Part shown: positions 23,515 through 31,703 of the stretch, piece after piece
How the letters are laid out: each line of letters opens with the position of its first letter
Numbering within the stretch: the first letter of the stretch is position 1
NCBI GenBank assembly: GCA_016185685.1
Contig: JACPNC010000023.1
Coordinates: forward strand, 1-32,209
DNA from: Candidatus Woesearchaeota archaeon
GTDB lineage: Archaea; Nanobdellota; Nanobdellia; Woesearchaeales; GW2011-AR9
Reading direction: 5' to 3'
Length of the DNA stretch: 32,209 nt
Position numbers and translations under genes: made by a program
The notes under the pieces: model-generated
Told to the model about the DNA's origin: nothing
The model's database searches: none
The model's input: the letters and a program-made list of their open reading frames with translations, nothing else

Positions 23515-23548
23515 TTTTTAAGCCTTAGCGTAAATCAAATGACTAATT

Positions 23549-24211
23549 ATGACTGCTAAACGTGAAATTGAATCAAAATTTGAACTTCCCATAGGAAAAG
23601 ATATCCTTCTTTGTACTACGGAAATTCTAGAACAAATAGCACAAAAAGGATGGAATCTTACTGCAACCAATCTGGAACCATTACACTTTGTCTATTACGA
23701 TACGCCTCAACTAGACTTATATCAACAAGGTGCCACCCTCAGAAGAATTTCTGGCTACCCAACAACTTCAAAACCAAAAGCAGCATATAGATATGATTAC
23801 AAAACTGGTTCTTTAGAGAATCGCATGGAATCAACTCTTTGGTCACGATGGGAATGGAATCCAGAAAAAATAATAAAAAAATTAGCTCCAGAATTAGAAT
23901 ATACTAAATTAGAAGAGGTAGCAAAAACAGACACCTTCTCATTCAAACTTTATTACAAAAAGTGGTTTACGCAAGTAGAAGTTTCAGTTGACGCCGTCTC
24001 TCTCGTACCTGAACATCCCGAAAAAAAGAAAATAAATTATTTTGGCGGAGACGGGCCGCAAAAATTCAGAGAATTAGAGATAGAGCTTTTGCGCGGCAGT
24101 GAAAAACGCTACGAAAAATTAGTCCATCAGTTACAAGAGAAATTACAATTTACCCCGATAAACGAACAGAAATACGGAAGAGTGATAGGAATGAAAAAAG
24201 GAAACGTATAA
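23549..24211 (+). CDS. CYTH-domain protein (triphosphate tunnel metalloenzyme family)
   Basis: The N-terminal ExExK signature is REIESKFEL, followed by alternating charged beta-strand patterns (LRRI, YRYDYK, FRELEIEL). Confidence 0.7.
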   Translation: MTAKREIESKFELPIGKDILLCTTEILEQIAQKGWNLTATNLEPLHFVYYDTPQLDLYQQGATLRRISGYPTTSKPKAAYRYDYKTGSLENRMESTLWSRWEWNPEKIIKKLAPELEYTKLEEVAKTDTFSFKLYYKKWFTQVEVSVDAVSLVPEHPEKKKINYFGGDGPQKFRELEIELLRGSEKRYEKLVHQLQEKLQFTPINEQKYGRVIGMKKGNV

Positions 24212-24261
24212 ACGACACCCCCACTCCATCATACATTTAAAAAATAATACGAGGTAAAAAA

Positions 24262-24627
24262 ATGGCAAATATATCAGTAAAAGTTTCAGGACCACTAGGT
24301 CTTATCGCTTTCGGAGCAGGCGCATATCATGGTTTTATGGACGGACAAGGTCTTCCATTACCAAAAGAAAATTTGGAAAACATATTGACTTACGGACCTA
24401 CTATGGCTTCTGGAGCTCTGGGTGGGCTAGTTGGAGGAATGATCGGACTAGTAGGCGGCGCTGCTGTAGGCGGCAGCGAATATGGAGCAAAAGGCGCAGC
24501 TGCCGGAGGAGTGGTTGGTGCTGCTAGTATTGGAATAGTTGCAGGTAGTTTGGGCACTGTTTCAGGAGCTCTTGGAACACTGATAGGGTATGGTTGCGGT
24601 TATGCTACGGGATATCTGCTGAAATAA
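24262..24627 (+). CDS. Glycine-zipper small membrane protein
   Basis: GxxxG-rich hydrophobic repeats are present (GALGGLVGGMIGLVGGAAVGG, GGVVGAASIGIVAGSLGTVSGALGTLIGYG). A GAGGT RBS lies 8 nt upstream. Confidence 0.6.
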   Translation: MANISVKVSGPLGLIAFGAGAYHGFMDGQGLPLPKENLENILTYGPTMASGALGGLVGGMIGLVGGAAVGGSEYGAKGAAAGGVVGAASIGIVAGSLGTVSGALGTLIGYGCGYATGYLLK

Positions 24628-24683
24628 AGTTATAATTTTCTCATTATTAGTTATTTTTTATTTTTACTTTTTCCAAAATTCTT
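24628..24683. terminator. A/T-rich spacer with oligo-T runs between convergent genes (likely bidirectional terminator)
   Basis: ttattttttatttttacttttt lies between the stops of the 24262-24627 (+) and ftsY (-) genes. Confidence 0.35.
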
Positions 24684-26132
24684 TCACAACCCCAATCTCT
24701 CCAACACTTTATCTTTATCAAACGGCTCTAAATCCTCATATCTCTGCCCGACACCAAAGAACAAAATGGGTTTCTTCAAAATATAACTGATAGATAACGC
24801 TGCACCGCCTTTTTCATCCACATCAGCTTTAGTTAAAATAACTCCATCTAAATTTACTAATTCCTGAAATTTCTTTGCCTGTTCAATACAATCATTTCCC
24901 GTAATACTCTCACCCACAAACAACTTCAAATCTGGCTTCGCTACACGAATAATTTTATCCAGTTCTGCCATAAGATTAACATTACTATGCAATCTTCCTG
25001 CCGTATCAATCAGCACCACTTCAATACTGTTCTTTTCCGCATACTTGACAGCATCAAAAGCAACAGCCGCAGCATCTGCGCCATAATCATGCTTAATGGT
25101 TTTTACACTCAGTCGCTGGGCGTGTTCTTCCAACTGCTGGATTGCTGCTGCGCGAAAAGTATCGCTCGCCGCCCAAACCACTGAATGCTTATTTCTTAGC
25201 AAATAAGAGGTCAGTTTAGCAAGAGAAGTAGTTTTTCCCGCCCCATTGATCCCAAATAAAGCAATAACGTACGGTCTTTTCTCTTTCTGAAGAATATTCT
25301 CTTCTTTTCTTTTTTTAATTTCAATAAGAATATTTTTTCCCTGCAAAGAAAGAATTTCCTGTAGTGTTTGTTTGAGTGTTTCCGTAATTTTTCCTTCAAC
25401 ATCTCTTGGCAGAGGTTTGTCAACAAGTTCCAATTTAAGGTCTACTTTTATTTTTTCAATAACTTCCACCGCCATATTATTCTCTAATAACAATAATTCT
25501 AAATCCCAAAAAAGTTCTTCAAATTTTTCTGCAGAAATAGTTTTAGTAGTAATTGCTTGTTTAAGTTTGCCAAAAAAACCTCTTTCTTCAGTTGGTTCTA
25601 TTTTCTTTTCGTTAACAATTTCTTTTTTCTTTACTTCTTTTGGTAGGTCTTCGCCTGCTTTTTCTTTCTGATGTTCTTCTGAAACATGGAATTCCTCTTT
25701 TTTCTGGGATTCTTCTTTTTTCTGAAATTTTTCTTTGATTTTTGATAAAAATGACTTTTTTTCTGATTCTTCAGTTATGTTTATTTTATTTTTAGGGGAT
25801 GGCTCTACTTCAAAAACCGCCGTATTTTCATCTTTTATCTTTTCAACAAACTCAGTTCCATCTTCCGCTTCTTTCTTTATTTTTTCTTTTTTTTCTGGTA
25901 TGTTTTTAATAGTTGGCTTTGCTTCTTTTTTTGTCTTGATTTCTTTAACTATTTCTTTCTTTACTACTTTCTCTTCAATGACTTTCTCTTTAATATCTTT
26001 AATATCTTTTACTTCTTTTACTTCTTTTACTTCTTTTACTTCTTTTACTTCTTTTACTTCTGCTTCAGCTTCCGTCTTCTTAGAAAAGATACTTAATGCT
26101 CCTTTCAATTTTTCTTTAAGTTTGCCAAACAT
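24684..26132 (-). CDS. ftsY: Signal recognition particle receptor FtsY with a long Lys/Glu-rich repetitive N-terminal domain
   Basis: The SRP-GTPase NG domain is recognisable: G1 LFGINGAGKTTS, G3 DTAGR and G4 TKADVD, with the closing GVGQRYEDLEPF. Confidence 0.92.
   Translation of the reverse strand: MFGKLKEKLKGALSIFSKKTEAEAEVKEVKEVKEVKEVKEVKDIKDIKEKVIEEKVVKKEIVKEIKTKKEAKPTIKNIPEKKEKIKKEAEDGTEFVEKIKDENTAVFEVEPSPKNKINITEESEKKSFLSKIKEKFQKKEESQKKEEFHVSEEHQKEKAGEDLPKEVKKKEIVNEKKIEPTEERGFFGKLKQAITTKTISAEKFEELFWDLELLLLENNMAVEVIEKIKVDLKLELVDKPLPRDVEGKITETLKQTLQEILSLQGKNILIEIKKRKEENILQKEKRPYVIALFGINGAGKTTSLAKLTSYLLRNKHSVVWAASDTFRAAAIQQLEEHAQRLSVKTIKHDYGADAAAVAFDAVKYAEKNSIEVVLIDTAGRLHSNVNLMAELDKIIRVAKPDLKLFVGESITGNDCIEQAKKFQELVNLDGVILTKADVDEKGGAALSISYILKKPILFFGVGQRYEDLEPFDKDKVLERLGL
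25992..26060. repeat. 9-nt tandem repeats inside ftsY: (aatatcttt)x2 then (acttctttt)x5 plus a partial copy
   Basis: Read directly from the sequence. On the coding strand the repeats encode (EVK)5(DIK)2. Confidence 0.9.
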
Positions 26133-26153
26133 GATTTTTGCCCCTTTTTTTGC

Positions 26154-26681
26154 TCATCCACTCTGTAAATGCGGCTCAATTTCTTTGTAAATTTTCATAA
26201 CTTCTTGCTGCAGCTGCTCCAAAACAGCTTCGCCTTCAATCATACGCACGGTCATTTCCTGTTTTTGGTTCTCCAAAATATTGCGTACATCAGAAATGTT
26301 TTTTTCTACCGATGCATTTGCTCCTACGTTAAGAATGACTTTAGTATTGTCCTGCAACCGCACTTTCATAAACAACCCTTCAGCAATAGGAGCTAGAATT
26401 TCCTTATTTAGAGCAGATTTTCCGATTTCATCAACCGCTTCTTTTGCGGCATCAAGTTCTGAATATTGCTGTCTCATCAGCTGCACCTGCTGAGCAATCT
26501 GTTCCAACTGCTGCTGCAAAAATTTAAAATGCATATATTTCTGCTGAAGTTGTTGTTGCTGTTGATGTTGTTGCGCTTGTTCATGTTGTTGTTCCTGTTG
26601 CTGATGTAAAGCTGAGGCTGCCTCTGAGTGGCGTGAAACCGTATCTTCAACTTGAAGTTTTTTTGAATGCATGTAATCCAT
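26154..26681 (-). CDS. pfdA: Prefoldin alpha subunit with a Gln-rich N-terminal extension
   Basis: The central beta-hairpin region ILAPIAEGLFMKVRLQDNTKVILNVGANASVEKNISDV parallels archaeal PfdA (LVPVGAGSFIKA.L.D...V...VGAGV..E). Coiled coils flank it, and the ftsY neighbourhood is classical in archaea. The TATA-like ccttatataaaat (26691-26703, - strand) favours a leaderless start at Met4 (26672). Confidence 0.8.
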   Translation of the reverse strand: MDYMHSKKLQVEDTVSRHSEAASALHQQQEQQHEQAQQHQQQQQLQQKYMHFKFLQQQLEQIAQQVQLMRQQYSELDAAKEAVDEIGKSALNKEILAPIAEGLFMKVRLQDNTKVILNVGANASVEKNISDVRNILENQKQEMTVRMIEGEAVLEQLQQEVMKIYKEIEPHLQSG

Positions 26682-26786
26682 AAACAGGGTATTTTATATA
26701 AGGATTTTGGTAAGAAAACACCATTTGAAACACTTCTTTTGCACACCACAAATCCTTAAAAACCACATTTCCAGTTAAGATAAAGA

Positions 26787-28184
26787 ATGTCATTCTATCA
26801 TCATCAGGCAAAATATAACCTTGGTGAAAGAGAATTACAACCTCAGGAACGCCTCGTCATTGGCACAAGAAAAAATCCGCAAGAACCCATGCGTGTTGCC
26901 CAACATTTAGGCCTTTCTCCCAGCCATCCCGATGCCCTTATTCTCCATAGAGTTTGGGATGATGGAGAATATCTCGCTACATTTCAAACTAAACAACATG
27001 ACAGATTTTCTGCTAATTATATGTTACCAGACGGTACACAACGCTTTGGGTACGGCTTAGAAGGAAAAACAGTATATTTAACCCATACACTCAGCAGAGA
27101 ATACACTTCGCAAGACTTAGTAACACGATTAGGACAACTTGCTTGGACAGCAAAATATAATGGTGCAGACAATGTAGTCCTTCTTGCCTATACTTTAAAT
27201 TATGGCGCACAAGAAAGAGGTGTACATGATACGGAACATCAAAGAATGCAAACACTTTCAGCACAAGAAAAATTTGATGGACAAGCTCCAACAGCACAAT
27301 GGCATTTGCTTCAGTTAGCACAATCCGGCGTAGATGCGATCATTACCCCTCATACCCATTCTCCGGAAGATATGCAACGCATTTGCAAAGAAGTAAATGA
27401 AGAATTATTGCCATTACATGAATTGGCAAAAACAAAAAATCACACGCTTCGTTATCATGTAAAATATCATAATATTGATCTCTCACCCGTCATAGGCACA
27501 CTTTTTGCAGATATCGGAGAAACAAAATTATCTTTAGATACCTCAAATCAGGGAAAGAATATTCTTTTTGTAGCAGTAGATAATGGAATTACCCCTTTTG
27601 TGCGTAACTGCCGACAGTATTCAGGATTGGTAAATTCTGCTTTTGCAGCTATGCATAAAAAAAGAGCAAAAGATGGAGTAGATATTGACTGCTTAGAATT
27701 AGTTGATGCAGAAAATCTTGATCCTAAACGAGGAATTGAAGGGATGCAAGTAGTGGTTCTTGATGACATGATCCGCAGCGGATCTACTATGGACATGAAC
27801 ATCCGTGTACTTGGCGGGCAAGATATTGACGGAATAAAACGCAGCGACCTCATTTTTGGAAAACCAGAACGAGTAATAGTTTACGCAACAAGAACGATAT
27901 GTAATAGCCAGGCAATTGATATTTTATCAAAAAATAAAATGGTAAAAGATGTTTTGGTAACTAATGCAGACTCGCGGGTAAAATATAACTTAGGCCAACT
28001 AGCAACAAAAACACAAATTCTGTGGATAAATTTTGTGATGGGTGCTGCAGCAAAAGCTGTTGAGCACGGGGAAGATCCCAATATGGTTTTAACACCGGCA
28101 TATATTCGCAAGCATCAATTACTCCATTTGCAGCGGCCGCATGAGCATTACCGTAACACCGGAGAAGCCGAAGGGATAATTTGA
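26787..28184 (+). CDS. Divergent ribose-phosphate pyrophosphokinase (Prs)-family protein, 465 aa with insertions
   Basis: Prs landmarks occur in order: NVVLLAYTLNYGAQERG (vs VIPYxGYARQDR), ILFVAVDNGI (vs IVSPDxGG), the PRPP-binding loop VVVLDDMIRSGSTM (vs ILIDDIIDTAGT) and VIVYATRTI...VKDVLVTNA (vs VYACCTHPV...ELVVTNS). It is about 150 aa longer than canonical Prs. Confidence 0.65.
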   Translation: MSFYHHQAKYNLGERELQPQERLVIGTRKNPQEPMRVAQHLGLSPSHPDALILHRVWDDGEYLATFQTKQHDRFSANYMLPDGTQRFGYGLEGKTVYLTHTLSREYTSQDLVTRLGQLAWTAKYNGADNVVLLAYTLNYGAQERGVHDTEHQRMQTLSAQEKFDGQAPTAQWHLLQLAQSGVDAIITPHTHSPEDMQRICKEVNEELLPLHELAKTKNHTLRYHVKYHNIDLSPVIGTLFADIGETKLSLDTSNQGKNILFVAVDNGITPFVRNCRQYSGLVNSAFAAMHKKRAKDGVDIDCLELVDAENLDPKRGIEGMQVVVLDDMIRSGSTMDMNIRVLGGQDIDGIKRSDLIFGKPERVIVYATRTICNSQAIDILSKNKMVKDVLVTNADSRVKYNLGQLATKTQILWINFVMGAAAKAVEHGEDPNMVLTPAYIRKHQLLHLQRPHEHYRNTGEAEGII

Positions 28185-28227
28185 ACAAGAGGAATTCCGC
28201 CACCATAATTTTGATTTTTGTGTAGAG

Positions 28228-28288
28228 AACTTTGCATTTAAAATGTCAACTATGCAAAGTTTTCTGTAGTTTATTTTTTGATTTTTTC
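28228..28288 (+). terminator. Hairpin plus oligo-T tract downstream of the Prs-like gene
   Basis: A perfect 10-bp inverted repeat aactttgcat (28228-28237) / atgcaaagtt (28252-28261) extends imperfectly to 17 nt. The sequence ttctgtagtttattttttgattttttc follows. Confidence 0.45.
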
Positions 28289-28586
28289 TGTTATTATCTT
28301 ACTGTATTTCAGCTTCAGCTTTTTTCACATTTCGCACTGCTCTGATAATTTCATACTGAGAACTATCTCCGCAATAAACATTTTTATGCCGAGGCTATCC
28401 CTATCGCAGCAAGCTGCGGGGTATTAAACCCAGACTGGAATAAAAACGGCTTTTGGAAAGTATATTATTGTCTTTGAGTACTACTATAATAACCATGAAT
28501 GCGGATGGTAAAAAAATAAATATCAAACAGTTTGAACAGAATTTACCACCACAAAATTCATAAAGAATCTCCTCATTAAACATACC

Positions 28587-29657
28587 ATGACCGTAGCCGA
28601 ACAACTTGTCGTACTCGACCAACATTTCCAAAAAAGAAACGATGACCAAACTATTGAATACCTCGCAAGACGCGATAAAATTCAACGCATTCTGGAATTG
28701 AAAGAACAAAAGAATGTCCTCATCCTCGGCCATAACTACATGGCTCCGCTCGTGTACAATCTCTCAGGTGAGGGACAGCGTGGTGATTCATTGCAACTAG
28801 CAAAATATGCCGCACAGTGCGAACAACCTATCATCCTCTTTGATGGCGTGCGCTTTATGGCAGAGACTGCAAAAATTCTCAACCCTTCAAAAAAAGTATT
28901 GATTGCAGATCTTAAAGCGGGATGCAGTTTAGCTGATCCCTGCCGGGCAGATAAAGTAAAATGGTACAAACAGCAATATCCAGGATTACCGGTAGTGATT
29001 TACATTAATTCTTATGCAGATGCCAAAGCCGAATCAGATTATTGCTGTACGTCATCTAACGGTCTTGCAGTAGTTGAACACGTAGCAAAGGAATACAAAA
29101 AAAACAGAGTAATTTTCCTTCCTGACTCGCTCATGGGAGCAAATATTGAAGAAGAATTGCAGGAAAAAGGAAGCAAGATAGAATTAATTTATCCTGGAAA
29201 ATATGATAAAGAACATGGCTCCTGCGAAGTGCATGAACAAATTTCTGTAGAGATGGTGAAGAATATCAGAAAACAATTTAATTTGCCGAAATTGATAGAA
29301 GAAGAAAAAAATCCTGAAACGGCGGTTATCGTGCATTGGGAATGCCTTCCGGAAGTAAGGAAAGAAGCAGATTTCTGCAGCAGCACATCAAAGATGATAA
29401 GTTATATCAAAGAACATCCCTCACTGCAAAGAGTCTTTTTAGGCACGGAGTGTGAAATGACTGCCAATTTGCAGGCAGAATTTCCCCAGATAGATTTTGT
29501 AAAGACTTGCGGTATCGCTTGCCAGCACATGGCAAGAATTACTATTGATAAAATTTTGGAAACATTGGAAACAGAACAGCCTGAAGTTACCGTTCCTGAA
29601 GATATTCGTGTACGTGCTTTAGTACCTATAGAAAGGATGTTAAAGATGAGAAAGTAG
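28587..29657 (+). CDS. nadA: Quinolinate synthase
   Basis: LILGHNYMAP...GDSLQLAKYAA...ILFDGVRFMAETAKILNPSKKVLIADLKAGCSLAD matches the NadA N-terminal block. Conserved Cys residues that could ligate the Fe-S cluster follow (CCTSSN, HWECLPEV). Confidence 0.9.
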   Translation: MTVAEQLVVLDQHFQKRNDDQTIEYLARRDKIQRILELKEQKNVLILGHNYMAPLVYNLSGEGQRGDSLQLAKYAAQCEQPIILFDGVRFMAETAKILNPSKKVLIADLKAGCSLADPCRADKVKWYKQQYPGLPVVIYINSYADAKAESDYCCTSSNGLAVVEHVAKEYKKNRVIFLPDSLMGANIEEELQEKGSKIELIYPGKYDKEHGSCEVHEQISVEMVKNIRKQFNLPKLIEEEKNPETAVIVHWECLPEVRKEADFCSSTSKMISYIKEHPSLQRVFLGTECEMTANLQAEFPQIDFVKTCGIACQHMARITIDKILETLETEQPEVTVPEDIRVRALVPIERMLKMRK

Positions 29658-29669
29658 AAGATAAAAAAT

Positions 29670-30260
29670 ATGAAACCATACACATTTTGTCCTCATTGTG
29701 CACAAAAACTTGAGAGTTACCAAGATCATCCCGGTTGCAATCCTGCAACAGGCGGCTGTGGATTCGTACACTGGAATAATCCCATTCCAGTTGCAGCAAC
29801 ATTGATTGTTTTTCCTTCAGGAAATTACATGAAAGAAGTAGAAAGAGAATTTTATACACAGATGGATAAAGGATTCTTAACCCTTGTAAGAGCCGAAACG
29901 CGAGAATATACTGGTATAGTTACAGTTAAAAGAAAATGTGAGCCTAGTGCTGGAGAGTGGTGTCTGCCCGGCGGTTTTGTAAATGAAAATGAAGACACAG
30001 CAGCAGCAGCAATAAGAGAAGCCAAAGAAGAAAGTGGTTTAGTGGTAGAGTTACTTTCAGATCAACCGCATATGTATAACATTCCGGATCGTAATCAAAC
30101 CATGCATTTCTATATGGGCAGACCGATTGGGGGAGAATTACGTGCAGGGGATGATGCAGTAGAAGTGAGAATTTTTACTTTAAAAGATCTTCCTCAACTG
30201 TGTTTTTATTCACATCAAGATATGGCAAAAAAATGGTATAATGGAGAGTTGAGAGTGTGA
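29670..30260 (+). CDS. Nudix hydrolase with an N-terminal zinc ribbon (NudC/NADH pyrophosphatase-like architecture)
   Basis: The zinc ribbon CPHC...(13)...C..(5)..GC is followed by the Nudix box GGFVNENEDTAAAAIREAKEESGL. A ~45-aa insertion lies between the first strand (AATLIVF) and the box. Confidence 0.7.
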   Translation: MKPYTFCPHCAQKLESYQDHPGCNPATGGCGFVHWNNPIPVAATLIVFPSGNYMKEVEREFYTQMDKGFLTLVRAETREYTGIVTVKRKCEPSAGEWCLPGGFVNENEDTAAAAIREAKEESGLVVELLSDQPHMYNIPDRNQTMHFYMGRPIGGELRAGDDAVEVRIFTLKDLPQLCFYSHQDMAKKWYNGELRV

Positions 30261-30279
30261 ATGAGAGTTGAAAAAAAAT

Positions 30280-31509
30280 CTACTTAGTTATAACTAATTT
30301 TTCTTCTATCTCCTCCTTTTCTTCCTTCCCAGCATAAAATTCCATCTCTTCCGTTTTCTCATCTACAAACTTATACGCTTCTTCTCCATACGAACTCAAT
30401 TCTTTCTTTTCCGCTAAAAATCTTTTACGCTTCTCCTCCGGCATACTATCTAATGAACCTTTACCGCTCAATCCTACCTGCGGAGTTTTACGCAAAAAGT
30501 CCATAGAGGTAAACAGTTTTCCTTCCGGATCATTATTTACAAGCTCATGCCACTTTTCAAAATCAATCCACGTATGCCAGACACCATTAATTTTAAATTT
30601 CTTTTTGGCAAACATCACTACATGCGAAGAAACATGCTCAGAAACAATCTCCCAGTCAGGCAAATGTTTCACCAACGCTTTTGAAAAAGAAATAATCTCT
30701 TCATGCAAAGGCATATTTTCTTGAGTTAACCGTTCTCTGCTTGGTCCAACATGCATGTAAGCTTTTGCTTCGATAAAATCTGGATTACCTCGTTTAATCA
30801 GTTCAGCATATTTATCCAACAACACATCATTTTCTCCTTTCACTACTGTTAACCGCACACAAGTTCTTTGTTTTTTCTGTGCAAGATAATCTAATGACAA
30901 CAGTAAACGTTCCCAATAATCTTTGAACAAAGGCTTATCAACCTCTTTTAACATTTCTTTCGTCGGAGCATCTACACTCACATATAACTGTGTGACCGGT
31001 TTAAGATCACGAATTTGTTCAGGATACTGTGCATTTGTTACTAAAAAAGTTGAAACCCCATCACGATTAAAAAGAGCAAGTGATTCATTGATTCGGGGAT
31101 AAAAAATAGGCTCGCCCGTGAGAGAAAGAGCAACGTGTTTAATCTCTTTTGATTTCGCATAAGCTGCCTGATTTGCCGTTGGACTTCCACCAAATCCTAC
31201 TAACAACTGATGATGCGCATGCATCGCTCCGGCATGAATATCTTCCGGAGTATCAACCTCCCATTTCCATTCCTTGCTTACCGGAGCTTTATATCCTCTC
31301 CAGCAAAAAGTACATCGATTTGCACAACTGATAGAGGTAGTCATCTGCATACACTGGTTGCTCATGATGCCATAGAATTTTAATTTATAACACCCGCCTT
31401 CTCCGCGAATCATATTCTTCGTCCATCCGCAGGTTTTTACAGCACTATGACTGCCAACGATACGATATCCTTGTTTTTCCAGTTCTAGTTTAGATGCCGG
31501 AGTGAGCAT
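30280..31509 (-). CDS. taw1: tRNA 4-demethylwyosine synthase (Taw1/TYW1), radical SAM
   Basis: LEKQGYRIVGSHSAVKTCGWTK...CYKLKFYGI.S..C.QM and the radical-SAM CANRCTFCWR (CxxxCxxC) are present. Start chosen at MLTPASK (31509), since the ORF-track N-terminal 23 aa are Phe/Leu-rich and unlikely. There is an acidic C-terminal extension. Confidence 0.9.
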   Translation of the reverse strand: MLTPASKLELEKQGYRIVGSHSAVKTCGWTKNMIRGEGGCYKLKFYGIMSNQCMQMTTSISCANRCTFCWRGYKAPVSKEWKWEVDTPEDIHAGAMHAHHQLLVGFGGSPTANQAAYAKSKEIKHVALSLTGEPIFYPRINESLALFNRDGVSTFLVTNAQYPEQIRDLKPVTQLYVSVDAPTKEMLKEVDKPLFKDYWERLLLSLDYLAQKKQRTCVRLTVVKGENDVLLDKYAELIKRGNPDFIEAKAYMHVGPSRERLTQENMPLHEEIISFSKALVKHLPDWEIVSEHVSSHVVMFAKKKFKINGVWHTWIDFEKWHELVNNDPEGKLFTSMDFLRKTPQVGLSGKGSLDSMPEEKRKRFLAEKKELSSYGEEAYKFVDEKTEEMEFYAGKEEKEEIEEKLVITK

Positions 31510-31703
31510 GAAAGAAGAAAATAGAGCGTTTTTTAAAAGACTTTGGGAGAAGAAAAATAATACCAAAAAAAAATACATACCAGAACACTTATTTTCTTGT
31601 CACCTTAAAAAGAGCAAATCTCCAGTAACATTTAAAAATAACCCCCCTTTTTAAGCATAAAGTACGTACCTCAGTAAAATGAGACGTAGTGGAGGAATTA
31701 AAA

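Noticed and set aside
25372-26190. Plus-strand Ser/Phe-rich ORFs (25372-25671, 25735-26190), and whether the 9-nt repeats are a CRISPR-like array
   Set aside because: They are antisense to the ftsY KE-rich domain. The repeats are contiguous 9-mers without spacers, so they form a coding microsatellite and not a CRISPR array.
28401-28733. The 110-aa minus-strand ORF across the nadA start
   Set aside because: Its 5' half is antisense to the conserved nadA N-terminus. Only the part in the intergenic region (a possible 60-aa Cys-rich/TM peptide from Met 28583) cannot be excluded, and I treat it as unsupported.
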